A stretch of DNA of 64,000 nt. Origin: Thermoplasmatota archaeon (lineage in GTDB: Archaea > Thermoplasmatota > E2 > JACPAO01 > JAHFTW01). The position numbers and the translations under genes are program-made. Positions 1 through 8,022 of this stretch are shown piece by piece (position 1 is the stretch's first letter; each line of letters begins with the position of its first letter). The notes under the pieces were generated by a model. That model did not search any database and had not been told where the DNA came from. It saw nothing but the letters and a program-made list of their open reading frames with translations. The stretch spans positions 1 to 64,000 of the forward strand of contig JBFIHX010000012.1 of NCBI GenBank assembly GCA_041601615.1, given 5' to 3'.

Positions 1-178
1 ACAACAATAAGCCAAGAGGATCGCAGACGAGCGGCAGAGTCAGCATTGGGGGTGTTGATTCCTCAAACGGTGCAAGCAGTTGCTCATTAACATCGGGCTC
101 GCCGTGGCTTGCTTGGGCGAAAGGAGAAAAAAGGAACAGGGCAAGCCATGTGGCAACAATCACTTTCAGTGAGGGCAT
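1..178 (-). CDS. Secreted hypothetical protein (5' part; runs off window start)
   Basis: ATG at 178 opens MPSLKVIVATWLALFLFSPFAQASHGEP..., a signal-peptide-like start, open to base 1; lower-GC DNA. Confidence 0.6.
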   Translation of the reverse strand, partial: MPSLKVIVATWLALFLFSPFAQASHGEPDVNEQLLAPFEESTPPMLTLPLVCDPLGLLL

Positions 179-298
179 AGGGGCAGCACACCCACATAGT
201 TCTTAATATTATTGCATTGTGGTGGTAAAATAATGTTCGTGGACTGCTTTAGCTATAGATATGGAATTAATATTCATATATTTAACCCATTTTAAGCC

Positions 299-3200
299 TT
301 AAGGCGCACTTAACACACTTTTTGGAATCCCAATCGCTCCAGCAGGAGTCACTAATTTATAGTTCCCATCTTCTTTTTGGCAAATAAAAACTTTAAGACT
401 CATATCAACTTCACCACAGGAATTTTCCCACGGCCTCGTATCCCTCTCATCATTTGGATCCCGCCCAGCAGCCTCCTCCACGTCGTCGGGTAGACTGTCG
501 CGGTCGGAATCCACAAACGGCTTGTTCGGGTCATCTGCGTCTGCCACGGGTCCCATGAGGTCTTCGAGGTCGTTGGAGTAGCGGTCTCCGTCGCGGTCGG
601 GGTCGCAACCGTCAGGGATGCCGTCGCCGTCTTGGTCCTGGGCGTTGTGGGTGCCGGGGCAAGTGTCGTCGAGTTCGTCTTGGCCGTCGCCGTCTTGGTC
701 GCCGGCTTTGGTCCCGTCGTCGGGGAAGGCATCGTTGTCGTTGTCGTAGCCGTCTCCGTCGCGGTCCTCGTCGCAGGCGTCTCCCGTGCCGTCTTCGTCT
801 TGGTCGGCTTGGTCAGCGTTGGTATGGTCGGGGCAGTTGTCTGCGGCAAAGGGGATGCCGTCGCCGTCGGTATCATCCAGGGATCCTCCGCAAGCGGGGT
901 CGGCGGCTCGGAAGGGTCGGGTGCTCTGGTAGAGTGCTGGAATTCCACCGGGGCCCAGCATGAGGCAGGTGGTGGTCACTTCGGTTCCGTCGTTTTGCTC
1001 CAGGACAATGAGTTCCTGTTCGGGGGTGCCGTGAACGTCGCCGACGCGGAGGTAGAACATGGCTCGGGGCGAGGTCAGGCTGGTTCGGGGGTCCATGACG
1101 CGAAGCGTTACGCCGTCGTCGCCGTCGAAGCGGTCGAGCGGATCGTCGCCGGGTTCATCCGGGTTGACGAACGCCACGCGGCGCTCCACGTAGTCGATTT
1201 GGCCGTTTCCTTCGTCGGTGATTCCGTCTCCATCGGAATCGAACGGATCCTCCGAATCCACGAAGGGCTTCTTGGTTGAGATTAGCTCGTCTGGGGTCGG
1301 AATAGTAATAGTCTCGATCCACTCACCAATGGGCCGGTCGCCGCAGGCATCTCGGTCCCAGTGGCGGTTTTCACTTGTTAGCCACCCGACAGGGTCCAAA
1401 AAGTCACAGTTTCCGAAGGGGTCGACGACCTTTTGGGGGTCTGGGATGGTCAGACTGCGAAGGCTGTCTTCAATCAGTGATGCAGGCGATTCGTCTGGGT
1501 CGTTGGGGTCACTGGGGTAGGCAAGCTCGATGCTGTCGTCGAAGTGATCGCCGTCGGTGTCGATGGCGTTGGGGTCGGTGGAATCGTAGCCAGTCGGGGT
1601 GTCGATTCCCGTTCCGTCAGTTCGCACCGCGAAGACCTCTTCGTAGTCGGAGAGCCCCTCGCCATCGGTGTCTACGGCATTGGGATTGCTCCTGGCATAG
1701 CCTGTGGGCGTGTCTGCGTCGGGGTCGTTGCCTGGATCGCCCACAACCACGACTGCGTGCAACTCTTCGTAATCGGTGAGGCCGTCGCCGTCGCTGTCGG
1801 CGTTCTTGGGATTCGTGGGGCTGTAGCCGCTAGCTGTCTCTGTGGAGTCCGAGGCGACCAGTACGGCCATGACTTCTTCGTAGTCCGAGAGGCCATCGCC
1901 GTCTTGGTCGGGGTTGTTTGGATTCGTGCCGTAGCCGCCGTCGCAAACTCCTGCAACATCGTTGCGGCTTTGGTTGAATAGGTGTGGGTGTAGGGTTGCG
2001 CGCTGCGGGTAGCACAGGGCGGAGCCGGAGGTGTCGCGGACTTCCTGGCCGTCCGTGAGCCCATCGCCGTCGGTGTCGGCTTTGGTGGGGTCCGTGGCGT
2101 CGTAGTCAAGAAGGGCGGCATCGGTGCCTTGGACTTCTTCGCCGTCCCATAGGCCGTCCTCGTCGGTGTCGGTCTTGGTGGGGTCGGTGAGGTTGGTTTC
2201 TTCGGCTTCGTTGGAGAGGCCGTCGGTGTCTGGATCACCGCTGCCGACCTCATCAAGGTCGCCAAAGAATTGCAATTCCCAGGCGTCCAAGAGGCCATCA
2301 TTGTCAGTGTCGCCGGAGAAGTCGGAGCTGTCGTTGGGGTTGGTTCCCGAAACGGTCACCTCGACCCAGTCGGCTACGCCGTCGCCGTCGGTGTCGGCGG
2401 CGTTGGGGTCGGTGGGTGCGGAGCCAAATGCGCCGTTTTTGCTTCCCTTTACTTCCTCGTAGTCTGAGAGTTTGACGACGGTTCGTTGGTCGGAGCCCGT
2501 ACCTGCGTCGTCTGTGTCTTTTTTGCGTGGGTCTGTGGGGCCGTAGCCGGTGGCGGTGTCATCGATTCCACCGGGAGTACCCACCACGAATACGGCATAG
2601 ACCTCTTCGAAATCGGTGAGGCCGTCGCCGTCGGTGTCGGCGGACGTGGGGTCTGTTTTGCCGCCATCGGTGGGGGTGGTGGCTTGGCTGCCGGTGAATT
2701 CTTCGTTGTCGGTGAGGCCGTCGCCGTCGGTGTCGGGGTCGTTGGGGTTGGTGTAGACGCTACCAACGCCGCCGGGAATGCTGAGTTTGTCTTGGCCTTC
2801 TTTTTTGTCGGTGAGGCCGTCGCCGTCCGTGTCGGCGTCGTTGGGATCGGTGCTTGTACTGTTGAAGGCGATGTTCTTGGTGCCGCGCACTTCTTCGCCG
2901 TCCTTCCAGCCATCGTCGTCCGAATCGGCGTCTCGGGGGTCCGTGGTGTCGTAACCCGTGAGGGTGTCATCTCCTCCGCCTGGATCTCCTACGACGAGCA
3001 CTTTGTACACTTCTTCGTAGTCGGTGAGGCCGTCGCTGTCGGAATCGGCGGCGTTGGCCTTGGTCGCGGTGTAGCCGGTGGTGGTGTCGTCGCCTCCACC
3101 TGGGGCGCCCACCAAGAAAACGGCGTGCACTTCTTCGTAGTCCGTGAGGCCGTCGCTGTCGGTGTCGGCAAGGATCATGCTGGCGTTGTGGGTGGATTCG

Positions 3201-4996
3201 TCGCGGTCGGGGATGCCGTCGTTGTCGCTGTCTGTGTCGCGGCCGTTGATGGAGCCATCGCCGTCGGTGTCTAGATTTCGGTCGAGTTCATCGCCGTCGC
3301 GGACACCGTCGCCATCGGTATCTGCAACGAGGGGGTTTGTTTCATCGGAGTCAAAGCTTCCATTCCCGTTTGCGTCCTCTTGGCCATCGAGTACGCCGTC
3401 ATCGTCGGTGTCGGGGTCGTTGGGGTCGGTTTCGCCAGGGTCCACCATGTTGTTGCCATTGGCGTCCTCGACGCTGTTTGGAAGGCCGTCGCCATCCCTG
3501 TCGTCGCAAGTGGCAGCGGGATTGAATGGGTTGCTGGAGCAGAGAATCTCCGTTCCATCTGGGTAGCCGTCGTCGTCTAGATCAGAGTGCTTGGTGGCGT
3601 AGAGGCTTAAGTCGGTTCCCGAGGGTCCGGCACGCTTGAGGTGCAATTCGCGTACGGTGATCGGTTGTTCATCGGCGAAGCTGATGCCTGTTGTGCTGCC
3701 TTTGCCGGTTTCGGGGACCGCGCGGGGCGGGTCGAACGTGATGAGGGCGATGGTGGGTTGGCCGTTTCGTTCCTCGATGGAGTTGTCAGTGCAGGGGTTG
3801 TGGCCGTCGCAGCCGGCGCCCATGTAGGGGGTGGTGTCCACGTCGATGCTACCGACGCCGCTGATGCCGGCGGGTGGGATGTTGGGTGTGTTGTCGGCGG
3901 TGAGGTCTAGGGTTACGACGGGGGTGAAGTAGAGGTTGTTTGCGATGGCTGCGGCAAGCGCCGGGTTGGTGCTGGCGAGTTCGTTTGCGGCGGCGGTGTA
4001 GTGGGCTTCCTTGTCGCCTGTGTGGATCATGAGGTGCAGGGCGCTCCAGGAGCCATCGTTGGGGTAGATGTCGGCGGCGCGCAGTTGGTCCCAGTTGACG
4101 ATGAAGCTGAGTTCGTTGCTGCCGGTGGGTGTTTTGGATACGCGGTGCTCGTGTTCGTCGATGCTGCAAGGTCCTTGGCCGTCGGCTGCTTCTAGGCCTC
4201 CGCAATCGGCGCGTAGAATCAGATCTACGGGCCCGGCGGGGGTGTAGGGTTCGCCGTCGTTGTAGAGGGCGACTTCCAGGGTGAAGTCGGTTTGTGCGGC
4301 GCTGGAGCGCACAAGGAGGGGGAGTCCTAGTAGGTCGGTGGGGAAGGTGAATTCGGCGACGAATCCGCCGGGGGCGCTGGCGACGACGGGTATGGGCGTG
4401 AAGGGGAGTGTTTCTTCGAGGAGGTCGGCTTCGTCGGGGGCGGTGGGCAGTAGGGCGTTTGCGGCGGCGACGTAGTGTGCGATGCCGCCGGCGTATTCGA
4501 CCTGGAGGTGCAGTGCGGTGGCGGAGCCGTCGGGGCTTGGGTAGATGCCGTTGTCGGCGAGTGCTTGCCAGGAGATTTCGAAGTGTGCGCTGCCGCTTTG
4601 CACGGTGGAGGCTACTTGGAGTTCGTTGCCGTGGTTGAGGCAGGATTGGTTGGCGGCGTCGGTGGCTTGGGTTAGTTCGCCGCAGTCGGCTTGCAGGGTG
4701 AGGGCGATGGCTGGGGTTCCGGTGAGGGTGTCGCCGTGGAGGTATGGGGTCACGTCGATTGGGAAGGTCGGTTCGCCGGGGGTCTGCAGCAGCAGCGGGG
4801 CGCCGAGGGGGAAGCTGAATTGGGCGACGTAGCCGACGCCTTCGGGTTCAGTTGCTCCGGTGGAGACTTGGGGGAGGTCTGGGTCTGTGGGTCCGAGGTC
4901 TTGCCCTATGGCGATGGGGCTGAGGGAGACGATCAGAAGCAAGCATACGGTCAACGTGGCTGACGGGGGGCGAATCATGGCAATCACCAGAATCAT
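299..4996 (-). CDS. Large secreted Ca2+-binding surface protein with DTDGDG(L)TD / thrombospondin type 3-like repeats
   Basis: Signal peptide; two similar N-terminal domains (GxVAxFxFP...HYxAAANxL); dozens of TDPxxADTDGDGLTDxEE units; C-terminal DNCPxxxNADQADQDxDGxGDACD; start may be 4978. Confidence 0.9.
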   Translation of the reverse strand: MILVIAMIRPPSATLTVCLLLIVSLSPIAIGQDLGPTDPDLPQVSTGATEPEGVGYVAQFSFPLGAPLLLQTPGEPTFPIDVTPYLHGDTLTGTPAIALTLQADCGELTQATDAANQSCLNHGNELQVASTVQSGSAHFEISWQALADNGIYPSPDGSATALHLQVEYAGGIAHYVAAANALLPTAPDEADLLEETLPFTPIPVVASAPGGFVAEFTFPTDLLGLPLLVRSSAAQTDFTLEVALYNDGEPYTPAGPVDLILRADCGGLEAADGQGPCSIDEHEHRVSKTPTGSNELSFIVNWDQLRAADIYPNDGSWSALHLMIHTGDKEAHYTAAANELASTNPALAAAIANNLYFTPVVTLDLTADNTPNIPPAGISGVGSIDVDTTPYMGAGCDGHNPCTDNSIEERNGQPTIALITFDPPRAVPETGKGSTTGISFADEQPITVRELHLKRAGPSGTDLSLYATKHSDLDDDGYPDGTEILCSSNPFNPAATCDDRDGDGLPNSVEDANGNNMVDPGETDPNDPDTDDDGVLDGQEDANGNGSFDSDETNPLVADTDGDGVRDGDELDRNLDTDGDGSINGRDTDSDNDGIPDRDESTHNASMILADTDSDGLTDYEEVHAVFLVGAPGGGDDTTTGYTATKANAADSDSDGLTDYEEVYKVLVVGDPGGGDDTLTGYDTTDPRDADSDDDGWKDGEEVRGTKNIAFNSTSTDPNDADTDGDGLTDKKEGQDKLSIPGGVGSVYTNPNDPDTDGDGLTDNEEFTGSQATTPTDGGKTDPTSADTDGDGLTDFEEVYAVFVVGTPGGIDDTATGYGPTDPRKKDTDDAGTGSDQRTVVKLSDYEEVKGSKNGAFGSAPTDPNAADTDGDGVADWVEVTVSGTNPNDSSDFSGDTDNDGLLDAWELQFFGDLDEVGSGDPDTDGLSNEAEETNLTDPTKTDTDEDGLWDGEEVQGTDAALLDYDATDPTKADTDGDGLTDGQEVRDTSGSALCYPQRATLHPHLFNQSRNDVAGVCDGGYGTNPNNPDQDGDGLSDYEEVMAVLVASDSTETASGYSPTNPKNADSDGDGLTDYEELHAVVVVGDPGNDPDADTPTGYARSNPNAVDTDGEGLSDYEEVFAVRTDGTGIDTPTGYDSTDPNAIDTDGDHFDDSIELAYPSDPNDPDESPASLIEDSLRSLTIPDPQKVVDPFGNCDFLDPVGWLTSENRHWDRDACGDRPIGEWIETITIPTPDELISTKKPFVDSEDPFDSDGDGITDEGNGQIDYVERRVAFVNPDEPGDDPLDRFDGDDGVTLRVMDPRTSLTSPRAMFYLRVGDVHGTPEQELIVLEQNDGTEVTTTCLMLGPGGIPALYQSTRPFRAADPACGGSLDDTDGDGIPFAADNCPDHTNADQADQDEDGTGDACDEDRDGDGYDNDNDAFPDDGTKAGDQDGDGQDELDDTCPGTHNAQDQDGDGIPDGCDPDRDGDRYSNDLEDLMGPVADADDPNKPFVDSDRDSLPDDVEEAAGRDPNDERDTRPWENSCGEVDMSLKVFICQKEDGNYKLVTPAGAIGIPKSVLSAP

Positions 4997-5224
4997 TCGA
5001 GTCTATGGGCTGCAAAATGGGGGCAGCATGGACCAATGAATTACTGGTTGGAAGTCCACATTAGGATATGGTCTTTTCGTTGGTAACCAATACTCATGGT
5101 GCTCAAAGTTGGATAGGTTTGGGCCAATGAGCTATGATAAGTTTTGAGGGGAGTTGACTCTGCTCCAAGTTGTATTTGTTAGTCGTTTTGGTACAATTTC
5201 GGGCCAATCGCGTTCGTCCGTGGT

Positions 5225-6334
5225 TCAGACGAGCCACATCCACCCGATCCAGAGGGCGGCGGCGATGGTTCCGGCGATGGCGGGCAAGGCTGCGGCGTCG
5301 CCCGCTTTTTGGATCCAGCTTTGTGTTTGGGTCCTCGATAGCACGGCGGTTGCGGTTACGGCGCCGGTGCCAAGCGCCAGGATGAGTGCCAGTCCTTCGG
5401 CGGGCACGGTGCGGCGGAATGCGGCGAGGAGGGCGGCGAGCACGACGGGGGCGCCGACGTAGATCATGCGTAGGGTGGTGCCGAGGCCGGTTTTCCAAGC
5501 CACATGGGAGCCGAGCAGGTTTCCTTTGCCTTGGACTGCGTCGGTGCCTTTGTTGCGCCACCATGCGATGCTGATGAGGCCTGCGATGGCGGCGATGCCG
5601 GCGACATTCAGCACACGGCCGGTGAGGGGTCGGCCGCCGGAGGACAAGATCCAAGCGAGGGCGGCAAACAGGAGGGTGGTTGCAATGGCAGCGACGCGAA
5701 GGCGGGCGCGGGTGCCTGTGTGGTCGCTTATGGTGTGGCGGATGAGGAAGGGCGAGAGTGGTAGGGTGAGTCCGAGCAGCAGGGCGAAGGTGGCGGGGCC
5801 CACGATGCTGCGACCGATGGGGGCTTGGGTGCCGGTGGCGTCTTCGAGGGCGGTGGCGAGGGTGGCGGGGAGGGTTTCGCCGCGGTTCCAAAAGACCACT
5901 TGTCCGGTGGGGTCGATGAGGGCGTAGCTGGGCCAGAGCCAGGAGGCGGAATTCATGGCGTCGGCAAATTGGGGCACGACGCTGTCGGTGTCGACGGCCA
6001 TGGGCCAGGTGACTCCGTATTGGCTGCGAAAGTCGCGTAGTTGGTCTGCGGTGTCGGTGCTGCTGATGCTGAGGATGTCGAGGTCAGGGTATTGGTCTTG
6101 CAGGGCGCGTAGGTCGCCGACGCCGCGCTGGCAGGGGCCGCACCAGGTTCCCATGAAGTCGAGTAAGAGGAATCGGCCGGCGTGTACGGTGAGGTTTTGG
6201 GGGTTGCCGTCGGTGTCGGTGATTTCGAATGTGGGGGCGGGTGTGTCTTCGGCGCCGGTCCAGAAGGAGGTGCAGCCGCTCAACAGGAGGGGGAGCAGGG
6301 CGGCGACGAAGAGGAGGGGCGACGGGCGGCGCAC
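5225..6334 (-). CDS. TlpA-like thiol-disulfide oxidoreductase lipoprotein fused to a C-terminal multi-TM domain
   Basis: LLLSGC lipobox; LLDFMGTWCGPC redoxin motif; about 6 hydrophobic C-terminal helices; GTG start inferred at 6334. Confidence 0.8.
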   Translation of the reverse strand: MRRPSPLLFVAALLPLLLSGCTSFWTGAEDTPAPTFEITDTDGNPQNLTVHAGRFLLLDFMGTWCGPCQRGVGDLRALQDQYPDLDILSISSTDTADQLRDFRSQYGVTWPMAVDTDSVVPQFADAMNSASWLWPSYALIDPTGQVVFWNRGETLPATLATALEDATGTQAPIGRSIVGPATFALLLGLTLPLSPFLIRHTISDHTGTRARLRVAAIATTLLFAALAWILSSGGRPLTGRVLNVAGIAAIAGLISIAWWRNKGTDAVQGKGNLLGSHVAWKTGLGTTLRMIYVGAPVVLAALLAAFRRTVPAEGLALILALGTGAVTATAVLSRTQTQSWIQKAGDAAALPAIAGTIAAALWIGWMWLV

Positions 6335-6492
6335 GCTTGACTTGAGGCGGATGCTGGCATAGGGTTTGGCGTCCGAGCCGTGTGGGTAGCGGTTGTGGAT
6401 TGGGTCGCGGGTTCGGTTGAGTTGGGTTGAAGGTTGCGTGGTGGACGGTTCGTATCCAACACGGCTTCGAGCCGATGATGGTTGTTGGGTCC

Positions 6493-7506
6493 ATGCGCGC
6501 ACTAAGCCTGCTTGCTTGCCTGCTCTTGACCAGCCTCGTCTTTGCCGCGCCGGCTTCAGCGGTGGAGCCGTCGATTCCGCCGCCGCAGGCGCCGTGTGAG
6601 ATGGGTTGGTATGGTTCGACTTCGTGGATTGTCTGCTTTGGCGATTCGTTTCCTACGGGTTGTGCCTGGAGCACGGGACCTGAGTTCTTGACTACGGGCG
6701 GATTCGTCGGTTGTTCGACTCCTGCCAAGTGTCCGACGCCGTATCCGGTGGATGTGGATGTGGGCGTGGTGTATGTGCAAGCAAGCCAGTGTTTTGCCTT
6801 GGTTGGGTTCCGGGCGGAGTCGGCAGCACCGTGTCGATTCGACGGGTTTGGCACCGAGGTGCAACCGCTGTCGTTTGGCTGTTCGTGGGGCAACGTGCAG
6901 GGGTGGGAGGGGCTTGTGTGTGCTCTCTATCACAATCCTCCAGCGGCGGTGGTTTGCACCGTGGAGGGCGATTGTTCGGGGGGCAGTTTCCACACGGATG
7001 GGCCGCTCGTGGGTGTCTGGGGTCAAGGTTGCACGTTCGCGGCTTGGGCCCGGCCTCCGCCCGTTGTGTGCCCGTTGCCGTCGCAGGGCTTCCAGGTTTC
7101 CTGTTCCTGGGGCGATGATTTGTTTGTGCGCGGTGCGGGGTGTGGAGCGGCCGTCTCGGAGTATTCGGCCAATGGCACCGCGTCAGCGTCTTGTTCCTTT
7201 GATGCGGATTGCTTTGCCATCATCTGGGGCTACGATGTGGGTGTCGCGGGTGTTGGTGGCGGTGGGTGCGGCATTGGCGCTTGGGTGGATCCGGACGGTT
7301 GTCCCATCGAAGCAAACGTGCCTGGCTTGACGGATTGTACCTTCACGGGCTACGAGGTGGGTTGCAGCGCCACGCCCCTCGGGCCGACGCAGTATGTGCT
7401 GTGCAGCACCAACTTGCCTTGCGGTCGCCATGTGGATACGTTCGAGGTGGGTCGTGTGACGTTGATTGCCAACACGTGCCGCGTGGGCGTAGCTTTGACG
7501 AGCTAG
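6493..7506 (+). CDS. Secreted Cys-rich repeat protein (4 x six-Cys units)
   Basis: Signal MRALSLLACLLL...APASA; 24 Cys in the mature part with periodic Cx5C. Confidence 0.8.
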   Translation: MRALSLLACLLLTSLVFAAPASAVEPSIPPPQAPCEMGWYGSTSWIVCFGDSFPTGCAWSTGPEFLTTGGFVGCSTPAKCPTPYPVDVDVGVVYVQASQCFALVGFRAESAAPCRFDGFGTEVQPLSFGCSWGNVQGWEGLVCALYHNPPAAVVCTVEGDCSGGSFHTDGPLVGVWGQGCTFAAWARPPPVVCPLPSQGFQVSCSWGDDLFVRGAGCGAAVSEYSANGTASASCSFDADCFAIIWGYDVGVAGVGGGGCGIGAWVDPDGCPIEANVPGLTDCTFTGYEVGCSATPLGPTQYVLCSTNLPCGRHVDTFEVGRVTLIANTCRVGVALTS

Positions 7507-7546
7507 CCACCAACCAATGTGGGGGCCGAACCGCAGCCAAAGGAGG

Positions 7547-7570
7547 GGTGGTGGTGGTGGTGGTGGTGGT
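7547..7570. repeat. (GGT)8 microsatellite
   Basis: Eight perfect GGT units in the gap between convergent genes. Confidence 0.9.
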
Positions 7571-7662
7571 GCCGGCGCCATGCGACGCCTGCGCTGGTCG
7601 CTCCAAGCTCGAGGGACTGGGCAGGCCGACCGGGAATTTTGTCCCGGTGGGCGCTTCAGGGC

Positions 7663-7902
7663 CTAGCTTAGGCCGACCACGACAACGTCCCGGACCGCCT
7701 TGATGGACTGGAACGGGAAGGTGATGCGGCCGGTGTCGTCGGTGGGGTAGAGGCGGGTGTCGATGTCGTCCGCCGCTTCCACGTGGATCGAGACCAGGTC
7801 GCCGGTCTCCACGTTTGCACTGATGTTGCGCAGTACGCCCAGGTACCCGCCCTGGTCGCTCATCACGGTCTTGCCGCGTAGATCAGACTCGAAGACCTTC
7901 AT
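7663..7902 (-). CDS. PRC-barrel domain protein
   Basis: MKVFESDLRGKTVMSDQGGYLGVLRNISANVETGDL...IKAVRDVVVV, typical archaeal PRC-barrel. Confidence 0.85.
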   Translation of the reverse strand: MKVFESDLRGKTVMSDQGGYLGVLRNISANVETGDLVSIHVEAADDIDTRLYPTDDTGRITFPFQSIKAVRDVVVVGLS

Positions 7903-8022
7903 GGTGCATCCCAGTCTTGCACTCGGGCGCTTGCTGAAAAGCCTACCCAACGGTCTGCGCGTGGGTGGCCTTCCCCTGGCGGTCCATCTTATCATGGATT
8001 GCGCCGAGGTTTGGTTGTGTCC

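Noticed and set aside
299-4996. Diversity-generating retroelement target
   Set aside because: No reverse transcriptase and no TR/VR pair with adenine-specific differences seen
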